Of a DNA stretch of 64,000 nt, positions 10,902 through 19,682 are shown one piece after another. The translations under genes and the position numbers were made by a program. The notes beneath the pieces are model-generated. The model worked only from the letters and a program-made list of their open reading frames with translations, was not told where the DNA came from and did not search any database. This stretch comes from Polyangiaceae bacterium (GTDB lineage: Bacteria; Myxococcota_A; Polyangia; Polyangiales; Polyangiaceae). The DNA lies in the NCBI GenBank assembly GCA_033763455.1, contig JANRKO010000019.1, positions 1 to 64,000 of the forward strand. Direction: 5' to 3'. Position 1 is the first letter of the stretch. Each line of letters starts with the position of its first letter.

Positions 10902-12341
10902 ATGCGTATTCGAGTTAGGCGCCAAACGCTCAAAGGGGCCGCCCTCGCGTTGCTCGCAGGTGTTCCAATCAGTCTCGCACTGTTTGGATTTACAGTGGAT
11001 GATGCGCTCATAAGTATTCGAGTGGCGCAGCATCTGGCCACAGGTTCGGGGTATCGCTTCAATAGCGGTGGACCTGTAGTCGATGCGGTAACTCCGCTCG
11101 GGTGGGCTCACGTACTCACCTTGCTTTACAGCGAAGATCCTTGGGAAATGCTGCTTTCGGCGCGCGTGTTCGGCCTGCTCGCTTGGTGGGTGGCGCTGGT
11201 GCTTCTGGGGCGCAGAGTGGCGGGCGTCGGCGAAACGTGGCGGCGCTGGTTGCCTCTTTTGCCCCTTGCTGTGTCCGCACCGTTGGCGGTTTGGAGCAGC
11301 TCCGGCATGGAGACGGGAGTGGTTACGCTTCTGGCGGTACTCGCGCTTAGCGAACAGCGCAGTGCTTTATGGTTTGCGGGGCTTGCGGCGGCGTGGCGCC
11401 CAGAGCTCTTGGGGTGGGCCTTGGTCTTGGGCTTAGGTCGCGGATGGGGTGCTACCGCTGGTTTTAATGAATCGGGCTTTGGGCGCTTTGGGCTCGCACT
11501 GGGCAGAGTGGTCGGCCCTTTCATTGCTGTAGCCTTCGTACGTGTTTTGATATTTGGCCAAGCCGCACCGCTCAGCGCCATCGCTAAACCAACAGACCTG
11601 CAACAAGGATTGTTCTACGCGGCGCATGCCTTCGTCTGGACGGGCTTTCCGGTACTGCTTTTTACCCGCCAGTTGCAGGGCCTCTCTCCAGAACTCCGCG
11701 CGATTGCGGTTGCGGGAGTCTCGCACTTTGGGTTCGTCGGATTGGTAGGAGGCGATTGGATGGCGCTCTACCGTTTGGTGGTGCCAGTGTTGCCGGGCCT
11801 CGTGCTGGTTGCGGCGGCCCTCTTGGACAAAGCCCGTGCGTGGAGTGTCAGCATTCGTTTGGTGTTTGCCTGTGCTCTGAACACGGTATTGTTGGTTCAG
11901 TTGGGTCCAAGTTCCCGTCGCATCGCTGAGCAGCGTGCGTTCCTTTCCGAACAAGCTGAGCCCTTCCTGAATTTTGGCGGAACCGTTGGAACGCTGGATG
12001 TGGGGTGGGTGGGAGCAGCCACGCAGGGGACCGTTTTCGACTTCGCAGGGGTGACCGATCCTGTAGTGGCTCGCCTTTGCTGCGGGCACCACGCCAAGAA
12101 AATCGATCACCACCTGCTGGAAGTGCGAGGCGTGGATACGCTCGTGCTCTTGCTTGCTCCCGGGAAGAATATGCAAACACCCTGGTGGCAAAGTGAGTTC
12201 GCTCGCTTTAGTGAAAACTACGTCGCGCGCCAGCTGAAGGAAGACGTTTGGCTGTCCGTGGCAGAGCTCCCGTTAAAATACACGGATCAAAAATACGTCA
12301 TCTTGCGACGCTCGGTCACGCGGTTCGCGGCACTGCCGTAA
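10902..12341 (+). CDS. Polytopic membrane protein, GT-C glycosyltransferase-like
   Basis: VDDALISIRVAQHLATGSGYRFN, SGMET, RPE, GGDWM motifs; many TM helices. Confidence 0.7.
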   Translation: MRIRVRRQTLKGAALALLAGVPISLALFGFTVDDALISIRVAQHLATGSGYRFNSGGPVVDAVTPLGWAHVLTLLYSEDPWEMLLSARVFGLLAWWVALVLLGRRVAGVGETWRRWLPLLPLAVSAPLAVWSSSGMETGVVTLLAVLALSEQRSALWFAGLAAAWRPELLGWALVLGLGRGWGATAGFNESGFGRFGLALGRVVGPFIAVAFVRVLIFGQAAPLSAIAKPTDLQQGLFYAAHAFVWTGFPVLLFTRQLQGLSPELRAIAVAGVSHFGFVGLVGGDWMALYRLVVPVLPGLVLVAAALLDKARAWSVSIRLVFACALNTVLLVQLGPSSRRIAEQRAFLSEQAEPFLNFGGTVGTLDVGWVGAATQGTVFDFAGVTDPVVARLCCGHHAKKIDHHLLEVRGVDTLVLLLAPGKNMQTPWWQSEFARFSENYVARQLKEDVWLSVAELPLKYTDQKYVILRRSVTRFAALP

Positions 12342-12355
12342 ACCTCTGCTCCCCA

Positions 12356-12406
12356 AAGTGGATATTGACTCTCGCGGGGATTCTAAGTGGATATTGACTC
12401 TCGCGG
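12356..12406. repeat. 22-bp direct repeat x2 (29-bp period) duplicating the kinase 3' end
   Basis: AAGTGGATATTGACTCTCGCGG at 12356-12377 and 12385-12406. Confidence 0.9.
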
Positions 12407-14143
12407 AGCCACGCCGCCTAGTACCAACAACACCTGCTTGAATGTACGCACGTCTTCAAAACGATCGCGTGCGCGGTAAGCCATAGCTTTTTCGATCACG
12501 TCTCGCCATGCCTCGGGAAGTTGGGCGGCGCTGAGCATCACGCCACTATCCAGGGCAGAACCTGAATCGGGCGAAGGCCAACCGCCACTGCTGGTAACGG
12601 GTGGTGGGCGGCCGCAAAGGCATTCGTAGATAACACCCCCAAGCGCGTAGATGTCCGCTCGCCCGTCTACCTCGTGGCCTTGCTCTTGCTCTGGCGACAT
12701 GTAACCGGGGGTGCCGAGGGGGCCCTCCATATTCGTTAGGCGTGTTTCCGCCCATTCCACCCGCGCAACGCCGAAATCAAGCAACTTCGCCCGTTCATGC
12801 GTGGGCAGCTGGGTGAGGGAATTGCGCGCCGGGTCATGCTCGCTCACTGGCCGATCAATCGACAGGAAGATGTTACTCGGCTTGAGATCTCGGTGAATAA
12901 TGCCCGCTGCGTGTACGGCTTCCAACGCGTCGCAAACCTGCACCGCAATCGTTACAACTTCTTCAATGGGGAGGGTACCGCGCCGCCGCAAGCGTGTCGC
13001 GAGCGTTTCTCCAGAAAGCCGCTCCATCACGAGGTAACTCGTACCATCCGGCAATACGCCGTCGTCATAGACTTCGACGACATTGGGGTGCCAAGCGAGG
13101 CCGAGTGCTTGGGCTTCGCGTCGCAAGCGATCGGCGGCAACGGTGTCGTGCGCGACCGCGGCACGTAACAACTTGATGGCAACGGTCGCTCCGTCCGAAA
13201 GCCGTTGGGCCTCCCAGATGGTTCCACTCGCTCCAGCGCCCAGCTTAACACCCAAGCGATAGCGTCCCGCGATTACAGAGCCTTCTCGAAAGCCAGCAGC
13301 GCCACGTTCACGCGTATCACGCAGGGTGGCTGCGCGCTCTAGCGCCACTATGCGGTTCAGTTGCGCGCGCGTCTGGTTGCGTCGACGGCGGGCTCTCTGC
13401 ACGAGAACCCCAAGCACGGGTCCGAACAACAGAGGCCACAGCTCGAACTGCCAATACGGCGTGGCTCTGAGAAACCACCAGCTAAACGCGGTGCCCAGCA
13501 CGCCGAGCGCGCTGCCGATAATGAGAGGACCGCGACCCTCCACGGCGTAGCGCACTTCGTATTCTTCGGCGACGGAGCCATCCCGCTGGGTGCTTGTGGA
13601 AATGAGCTTCGTCTTGGCGGCGGGGAGACCAAAGAGGAGGGGCACCGCAGCTAGCTCGGCTGCACGCGCTAAGCTGCAGAGCCCGTCGGCTTCTTCCGCG
13701 ATAGCGTCGTGAATGACGATACGACCTCGCCAAAGCCCTGGCGCCGCGTGGAGCGTTTGCCAGCTCTCCGTCATGACGTGCTCGCCGCCATATTGGGCGA
13801 GCTGCTCGAAGGCCTGGCGTGGCTCTTCGGTACCACGTAGCACACGTGTCCATACACCTAGGTTTTCAGGGTGTACGATAAAGGGAATTGTTTCAGGGAG
13901 TCGTTGCTTGCCCCAGCGAGAGGTAAAAGCGATGAGGGCTGAATGCCACACGTCAGCGGGTAAAGGGCGCGTCTCGTCGTCGATGTATTCGCGATCGAGT
14001 CGTGTAGTTTTCAGGAATGCGTCGGCTTCGGCGGGGCCAAATTGATGTTGTACGAAAAGCAGCAGGCTTTTTACCCTTGCGGTCGTTGTGTTTCCGAGCG
14101 CGCTCCTGCGTTGCACTCCCCCAGCGTATTTGAGTGAGCCCAA
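12383..14143 (-). CDS. Membrane Ser/Thr protein kinase
   Basis: LGAGASGTI, VAIK, IHRDLKPSN, DFG, GTPGYMSPE; N-terminal domain plus two TMs; start uncertain. Confidence 0.93.
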   Translation of the reverse strand: MGSLKYAGGVQRRSALGNTTTARVKSLLLFVQHQFGPAEADAFLKTTRLDREYIDDETRPLPADVWHSALIAFTSRWGKQRLPETIPFIVHPENLGVWTRVLRGTEEPRQAFEQLAQYGGEHVMTESWQTLHAAPGLWRGRIVIHDAIAEEADGLCSLARAAELAAVPLLFGLPAAKTKLISTSTQRDGSVAEEYEVRYAVEGRGPLIIGSALGVLGTAFSWWFLRATPYWQFELWPLLFGPVLGVLVQRARRRRNQTRAQLNRIVALERAATLRDTRERGAAGFREGSVIAGRYRLGVKLGAGASGTIWEAQRLSDGATVAIKLLRAAVAHDTVAADRLRREAQALGLAWHPNVVEVYDDGVLPDGTSYLVMERLSGETLATRLRRRGTLPIEEVVTIAVQVCDALEAVHAAGIIHRDLKPSNIFLSIDRPVSEHDPARNSLTQLPTHERAKLLDFGVARVEWAETRLTNMEGPLGTPGYMSPEQEQGHEVDGRADIYALGGVIYECLCGRPPPVTSSGGWPSPDSGSALDSGVMLSAAQLPEAWRDVIEKAMAYRARDRFEDVRTFKQVLLVLGGVAPRESIST

Positions 14144-14225
14144 GGGTCAAGGGTGGGCGACAGAATGTGAGGGAGTTGTGGCGGACGCGCTCAAGATCCT
14201 GTGCTAGGTTGACGTAAGAGCTGAT

Positions 14226-14714
14226 ATGTCACGGCGTTGGTTATCCAAGGTGGCCTTTGTAGGTGCGGTGGGCTTGAGTGCGTTGCACGCGGGTCAGCCT
14301 GCGCAGGCAGATCCCTTGGCAGTGGTCGCTGGTCAGTCTCTGGATGTGCAAGCAGAGAAGCTGGATGTGAACATCGCTGAGGGGACGGCCCTATTGGAGG
14401 GGGATGTGCACGTCACGCTGGGTGAATTGCAAGTCGCTTGCGCCAAAGTGGAAATACGCTACGACGAAGCCCCGCAAGTGAAATGGGCTCGTGGCAGTGG
14501 AGGGGTCACAGCCAAGCTTCGGGGGATAGAAGCGAAAGCAAAAAGCCTGGAGGTCGACGTTGCAGGTAAGCGCCTCACCATGTCCGGGGATGTCCGGCTT
14601 TCGCGTGGCAAGGGATGGGTTGAAGCTGAGAAGGCCAGCATCAACATAGTCACGCAGAAGGTCACGTTAGAGGGCGTTCGCGGACAAATCCCCGTCGAGA
14701 CTCCTGCGCACTAA
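14226..14714 (+). CDS. LptA/OstA-family LPS transport protein
   Basis: Signal peptide, beta-jellyroll repeats (LEGDVHV, MSGDVRL, LEGVRG); upstream of rpoN. Confidence 0.75.
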   Translation: MSRRWLSKVAFVGAVGLSALHAGQPAQADPLAVVAGQSLDVQAEKLDVNIAEGTALLEGDVHVTLGELQVACAKVEIRYDEAPQVKWARGSGGVTAKLRGIEAKAKSLEVDVAGKRLTMSGDVRLSRGKGWVEAEKASINIVTQKVTLEGVRGQIPVETPAH

Positions 14715-14829
14715 GGTTGCTGTCCTCTGCGGTCCTGTGTGGCCCTCAGCTGGAAGCTAGGGTTCAGTAGCAGTGGGCCGAATGGCCGGGGATCTTAATT
14801 AAGCCCAGGCGCTTGTAAAAGGATTTTGC

Positions 14830-14845
14830 TGGCGCGAGTTTTGCT
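14830..14845 (+). promoter_or_regulatory. Putative sigma-54 site upstream of rpoN
   Basis: TGGCGCGAGTTTTGCT closely matches TGGCACG-N4-TTGC(A/T). Confidence 0.65.
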
Positions 14846-14893
14846 CGTGGGTGTTAGACTTTGCTGGCAGAGGCCGTTCCGCCCGTCGTACTC

Positions 14894-16393
14894 ATGGAGA
14901 TCAAACAACAACTTCGCATGTCCCAGCAGCTGGTGATGACACCCCAGCTGCAGCAGGCCATCAAGCTGTTGCAACTCTCGCGCCTAGAGCTCATTGAAGA
15001 GGTCCGGCGGGAGCTCGACGACAACCCAGTGTTGTCCGAAGACGAGCCCGAGCCCCGGCCTCGCAGCAAGGAGGCTGAGGATTCCGCCCGAGAGTTGCGG
15101 CAGGAGGCTCTGTTCGAACGTGACGGGCGGACGGACGAGGGGAGAGACACCGAAAAAGCCGCCCGCGAGGTTGATTGGGAGAAATTCCTAGAAAACAGGA
15201 CCCTCCAGCAGTCGTCCCAGGGGGCAGGCAAGAGCGGGTTCGAGGAACTGCCGCCGATCGAGCAAAATCTCACCAAACCCAGAAATCTGCATGATCACTT
15301 AATGTGGCAGCTACAGATGAGTGACTTCACCGAGACAGAGCGTCGCTTCGCTGAATTGGTAATCGGCAATCTGGATGAGCAAGGTCACCTGGACCTCAAG
15401 GGTGTGGATCGCCCCGATGGCACGCGCACTTCTGATCTCACCATTGATGATTTGGCGGAGGAAGCAGGTCTGCACCCGGACGATGCTCCGCTCGTCCTGG
15501 AGATGATTCAGAACTTTGACCCCGTTGGCGTGGCGTCGCGCGATTTGCGGGAATGTTTGCTGATTCAGGCGAAGGCCCTAGGGTTCAGCGACGACGATTA
15601 CGAAGTGCGCATCATTCGGGATCACCTGGTGCACCTTGAGAAGCACAACTACCAGGCTATCGCGCGCGAGATGAAGATCACCCTGGAGGAGGTTTACGAA
15701 GCGGCCAAGGAGATCCAGTCGCTCGAAAGCCGCCCGGCGCGGAACTTCACGGATCAAGACGACAGGAGTGTGGGGATCACGCCCGATGTCTATGTCATCA
15801 AAGATGGAAACGACTTCGTTGTGGTTGACAATGACCGTGGCGTGCAAAAGCTATTCATCAATGAGAGCCTCACCAAACGTCTGATGCAGGATCCTAAGGC
15901 GAAGGAGTTTGTGGGTGAAAAGCTCCGCAACGCTCAGTGGTTGATTCGCGCCATCGAACAGCGTCGAAAAACCATCATTCGTGTGGCCGAGTGCATTGTC
16001 GAAAAACAGCGGGATTTCTTCGAAAAGGGCGTGGCCCACTTGAAGCCCATGATCTTGCGGGATATCGCCGAAGCGGTTGGAATGCATGAATCTACGATCT
16101 CGCGCGTTACTACCAACAAGTATATCCACACGCCCTCGGGGCTCTTTGAGCTGAAGTATTTCTTCAATTCTAGCATTCGGCGTGTGGCCAGCGAAGATAT
16201 CGCGAGCGAAAGCGTTAAGCAGGCTATCAAGAAGATGATCGACACAGAGGAGAAGGGGAATCCCCACAGTGATCAGGCCATCGTGAAGATGCTGGAGAAG
16301 CAAGAGGGCATCCGGATTGCTCGCCGCACCGTCGCAAAATACCGAGAAATGCTTGGGATATTAGCTTCATCGAAACGTAAACGCGTGTTCTAA
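14894..16393 (+). CDS. rpoN: RNA polymerase sigma-54 factor
   Basis: MTPQLQQAIKLLQLS, HESTISR, RpoN box ARRTVAKYRE. Confidence 0.98.
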   Translation: MEIKQQLRMSQQLVMTPQLQQAIKLLQLSRLELIEEVRRELDDNPVLSEDEPEPRPRSKEAEDSARELRQEALFERDGRTDEGRDTEKAAREVDWEKFLENRTLQQSSQGAGKSGFEELPPIEQNLTKPRNLHDHLMWQLQMSDFTETERRFAELVIGNLDEQGHLDLKGVDRPDGTRTSDLTIDDLAEEAGLHPDDAPLVLEMIQNFDPVGVASRDLRECLLIQAKALGFSDDDYEVRIIRDHLVHLEKHNYQAIAREMKITLEEVYEAAKEIQSLESRPARNFTDQDDRSVGITPDVYVIKDGNDFVVVDNDRGVQKLFINESLTKRLMQDPKAKEFVGEKLRNAQWLIRAIEQRRKTIIRVAECIVEKQRDFFEKGVAHLKPMILRDIAEAVGMHESTISRVTTNKYIHTPSGLFELKYFFNSSIRRVASEDIASESVKQAIKKMIDTEEKGNPHSDQAIVKMLEKQEGIRIARRTVAKYREMLGILASSKRKRVF

Positions 16394-16413
16394 TCATAAA
16401 GCGTGGAGGTAAC

Positions 16414-16836
16414 ATGAATTTGAATATCAGCTTCCGACACTTCGAATCGACAGACGCGATTAAGAAGCACACTCGAAGTAAGTTGGAAAAGCTGCAGCGT
16501 TTCTTGCGTAGCCCAATGACAGCCAAGGTAACCCTCTCGGTGGATCAGCGGCGGCACGTGGCGGAGGCGCAAATCTCAAGCGGAGGAGAGCACCTGGAGG
16601 CCAAAGAAGCGAGCGACGATATGTACGCCTCCATCGATCGACTGATCGAAAAGCTGGAACGCCAAATCCAGGGAGCCAAGGGCGCAGTTGAGGCCAAGCG
16701 TCGCACTGGGTCCTTGAAGAAAGTCGTCAAGGTTTCCGCTCCTATGCCAGAGCCCGTTGCTCCTGCCGCCAAAGTAGCGAAGAAGAAGGCACCGGCGAAA
16801 AAGGCTCCCGCCAAGAAGGCTGCGAAGAAGGTCTGA
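16414..16836 (+). CDS. hpf: Ribosome hibernation promoting factor
   Basis: ISFRHFE...DMYASID...KLERQ; follows rpoN; PAKK-rich tail. Confidence 0.92.
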   Translation: MNLNISFRHFESTDAIKKHTRSKLEKLQRFLRSPMTAKVTLSVDQRRHVAEAQISSGGEHLEAKEASDDMYASIDRLIEKLERQIQGAKGAVEAKRRTGSLKKVVKVSAPMPEPVAPAAKVAKKKAPAKKAPAKKAAKKV

Positions 16837-16929
16837 CCCCCGCCAAGGCGCCCGGGTCTAGCTATTTTTGCACCTTCGACCAAACGCGCTTGTCCGAAAC
16901 TCGCAAAGCGGGTGTGATGGAATAAGAGT

Positions 16930-17406
16930 ATGCAACTCTCCGAAATCCTGGTCCCGGAACGCATCGTGGTCGATCGCGACGGCGTGCTCATCGGTGATAA
17001 GCGAGCTGCTATCGGCATGTTGGCCAAGCTGCTGGCCGACGCGGTTGGTGTGAGTGAGCTGGAGCTCAATGAGCTATTACTAGAGCGCGAGCGTCTGCAA
17101 TCCACGGGGATCGGCGACAAGGTCGCGATCCCGCATGCCTCTGTGGACGTTCCGGGCAGCCAGGCCGGAGCACTCCTATTGTGCCCGAAGGGACTTGAGT
17201 TTGATGCGATCGATGGGGCTCCGGTGACCATTGTCTTCGGATTGGTGGGGCCACGGCGTTCAACCGGGGAGCACCTAAAGGCTCTCGCTCGAATTTCCCG
17301 CCTGCTTCGGAGTCCGACCACCCGAGCCGAGCTTCTGGCGGCTAACGACGCCGCAGACGCCTTTGCCAAGATCCTCGCCGAGGAGGCACCCGTCGCGTTA
17401 GGGTGA
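16930..17406 (+). CDS. ptsN: PTS EIIA (Ntr-type)
   Basis: RERLQSTGIGDKVAIPH, HLKALARISRLL. Confidence 0.9.
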   Translation: MQLSEILVPERIVVDRDGVLIGDKRAAIGMLAKLLADAVGVSELELNELLLERERLQSTGIGDKVAIPHASVDVPGSQAGALLLCPKGLEFDAIDGAPVTIVFGLVGPRRSTGEHLKALARISRLLRSPTTRAELLAANDAADAFAKILAEEAPVALG

Positions 17407-17416
17407 AGAACGCGCA

Positions 17417-18472
17417 ATGACGATCTACGAGCCCCCCGAAAATGCCGCCCTTAGCATTTCCGTGGCGGAGCTCCTGGAAGATCCGGCTCTGGATCTCAAG
17501 GTGCGGGTGCTGGCCGGGGAAGCTGGGCTAGACAGGCGAATTGGGCACCCCCGCATTCAGAAGTCCGGCTTGGCCCTGGTAGGTCACTTGCACGGGTTGG
17601 TGCCAACGCGTGTACAGGTTCTCGGCGAAACCGAGCTCAGCTTTGCCGAATCTCTCAGTCCTGAAAAGCAGCTAGCTGCGGCCAAGTACCTGTTTTCTGC
17701 GCGTCCGGCCTGCATCATGGTTACGCGTGGGGCTGAGCCGCCCGTGGCATTCAGAGAGGAAGCTGAGGCAACCGGGACCCCGCTTGTAGCTTGTGATGAA
17801 CGCTCCTCGGCAGTAATTCTTGCTGTTCATACCTTGCTCGACGAGCGCTTGGCGCCCCGAGCGAGCATTCACGGAGTGCTTGTGGATGTGTTTGAGGTGG
17901 GAGTCTTGCTGTTGGGCAAAAGTGGCATCGGCAAGAGTGAATGTGCACTTGAACTTCTGATGCGCGGCCACAGGTTGGTGGCCGACGACGTGATCGAGTG
18001 TGATTACCGTCCCCCCGGCATGGTGTTCGGCCAAGCTGCAGATCTGTTGCGTCATCACATTGAGGTGAGAGGCCTGGGCATCTTGAATGTGAAAGATCTG
18101 TACGGCGTTACTGCCGTCCGCGAACGCAAGCGGCTAGATTTGGTTGTGCAATTGGAGTTGTGGGACCCAAATTCTAGCTACGATCGCTTGGGCTTGAGCG
18201 ACGAAGTACTGACAGTGCTCGGCGTGCCTATACGCAGGCTGACGGTGCCGGTGCGCCCTGGCCGTGATATGAGCTCCATTATCGAGATCGCGGCGAGAAA
18301 TGAGCTGCTGAAGCAAGCTGGGCATGATGCGGCCAAAGAATTAGTTGAGCGCATCGAGCAACAGACGCGCACGGGGTACGAAGCTGTGGAGCGTCGCGCA
18401 CGTGTCGTAGGCGCGCATCAGGTTATGAATGAAAGCTCAGCGCCACCGCCGGTTGAAAGGAGGCGAAAATGA
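17417..18472 (+). CDS. hprK: HPr kinase/phosphorylase
   Basis: HGVLVDV, GKSGIGKSE, LVADD, IEVRGLG, PVRPGR. Confidence 0.96.
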   Translation: MTIYEPPENAALSISVAELLEDPALDLKVRVLAGEAGLDRRIGHPRIQKSGLALVGHLHGLVPTRVQVLGETELSFAESLSPEKQLAAAKYLFSARPACIMVTRGAEPPVAFREEAEATGTPLVACDERSSAVILAVHTLLDERLAPRASIHGVLVDVFEVGVLLLGKSGIGKSECALELLMRGHRLVADDVIECDYRPPGMVFGQAADLLRHHIEVRGLGILNVKDLYGVTAVRERKRLDLVVQLELWDPNSSYDRLGLSDEVLTVLGVPIRRLTVPVRPGRDMSSIIEIAARNELLKQAGHDAAKELVERIEQQTRTGYEAVERRARVVGAHQVMNESSAPPPVERRRK

Positions 18473-19410
18473 CCCAATCCCTCGTTGTTGTGGTCACCGG
18501 AATGAGTGGGGCCGGCAAGACTACTGCGGTGGAAACCTTGGAAGATCTGGGGTTCTACTGTGTCGACAACTTACCTCCTCCGGTCGCGGAGGAAACGCTA
18601 CGAGCCTGCGAAAGCGCCGGAATGCACCGAGTTGCGCTTGGCATCGACGTGCGTGTGGGCGGTTTTTTGGATCGCGCCACCAGCGTCGTGCGCTCTCTTT
18701 CGACCCCAACACGTGACGTGTGGGTGCTTTTCTTAGACGCGTCGGACGAGGCTTTATTGCGGCGCTTTAGCAGCACCCGCCGCCCGCACCCGCTTTCGAC
18801 TTTTGCCGAGCTTGGAAGCGAAAGAGCTCCGAATGCAGTGCTTGATGGGGTCCGCGTGGAGCGCGAGCTGCTGGTAGGCTTGCGGGGGCAAGCGGACTGG
18901 ATCTTAGATACAACTGAGCTCAGCGTGCACGAGTTACGCCGGAGGGTGGTGGCGCATTTTGGTGAGCGTGGTGGCCCCGTTCTGCGCTTACAGACTCGCA
19001 TCATGTCGTTTGGTTTCAAGTATGGGCTGCCGATCGATGCGGATGTGTTGCTCGATGTGCGGTTCCTGGACAATCCGTACTTCCAGGAAGAGCTGAAGGA
19101 TTTGCCTGGGACCAATCCGCGAGTGCGCGATTGGGTGCTCTCGAACCCTGAAAGCCAAGAGTTCGTGCGTCATGCCGCCGGGCTCCTCGAATTCTGCATT
19201 CCAAGGTTTGAGCGCGAAGGGAAGAGCTACGTGACGGTTGGTATCGGTTGTACCGGAGGGCGGCATCGGTCAGTCGTGCTGGCCGAGCATCTGAAAGGGG
19301 TGTTGACCGAGCGTCTAAATCGTGAACTCGACGTCGTGCATCGCGATGTCGATCGCGTAAGTGGGGCGCAGGAGGGCGGCCGAGCGGTGGTCCGTGGAGA
19401 ATCAGCATGA
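18469..19410 (+). CDS. rapZ: RNase adapter RapZ
   Basis: TGMSGAGKT, CVDNLP, SFGFKYG, GCTGGRHRSV. Confidence 0.96.
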   Translation: MTQSLVVVVTGMSGAGKTTAVETLEDLGFYCVDNLPPPVAEETLRACESAGMHRVALGIDVRVGGFLDRATSVVRSLSTPTRDVWVLFLDASDEALLRRFSSTRRPHPLSTFAELGSERAPNAVLDGVRVERELLVGLRGQADWILDTTELSVHELRRRVVAHFGERGGPVLRLQTRIMSFGFKYGLPIDADVLLDVRFLDNPYFQEELKDLPGTNPRVRDWVLSNPESQEFVRHAAGLLEFCIPRFEREGKSYVTVGIGCTGGRHRSVVLAEHLKGVLTERLNRELDVVHRDVDRVSGAQEGGRAVVRGESA

Positions 19411-19682
19411 ACACATTCGAAGCCACTTTTGAGATCGTCAATAATCTCGGCCTCCACGCCCGCGCCGCTAGCCGCTTGGTGCAACTTGCCTCGCGATTTC
19501 CTTGCGAGGTGGAAGTGGCCAATGGGGAGCAGAGCGCCAACGCGAAGAGTGTGATGGGGGTTTTGCTATTATGCGGCGCCAAAGGCACCCGCGTCCGTGT
19601 AATCGCAACTGGGGAGGATTCCGAAAGGGCCGTTTCCGAAATTGGCGCGCTTATCGCGAGTCGTTTTGGAGAATCGGAGTGA
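19407..19682 (+). CDS. ptsH: HPr phosphocarrier
   Basis: GLHARAA, NAKSVMG. Confidence 0.95.
   Translation: MNTFEATFEIVNNLGLHARAASRLVQLASRFPCEVEVANGEQSANAKSVMGVLLLCGAKGTRVRVIATGEDSERAVSEIGALIASRFGESE

Noticed and set aside
16545..17417. Long antisense ORFs (also 3439..4254, 23710..24528, 49712..50383, 53861..54547)
   Set aside because: Shadow frames of well-supported genes in GC-rich DNA
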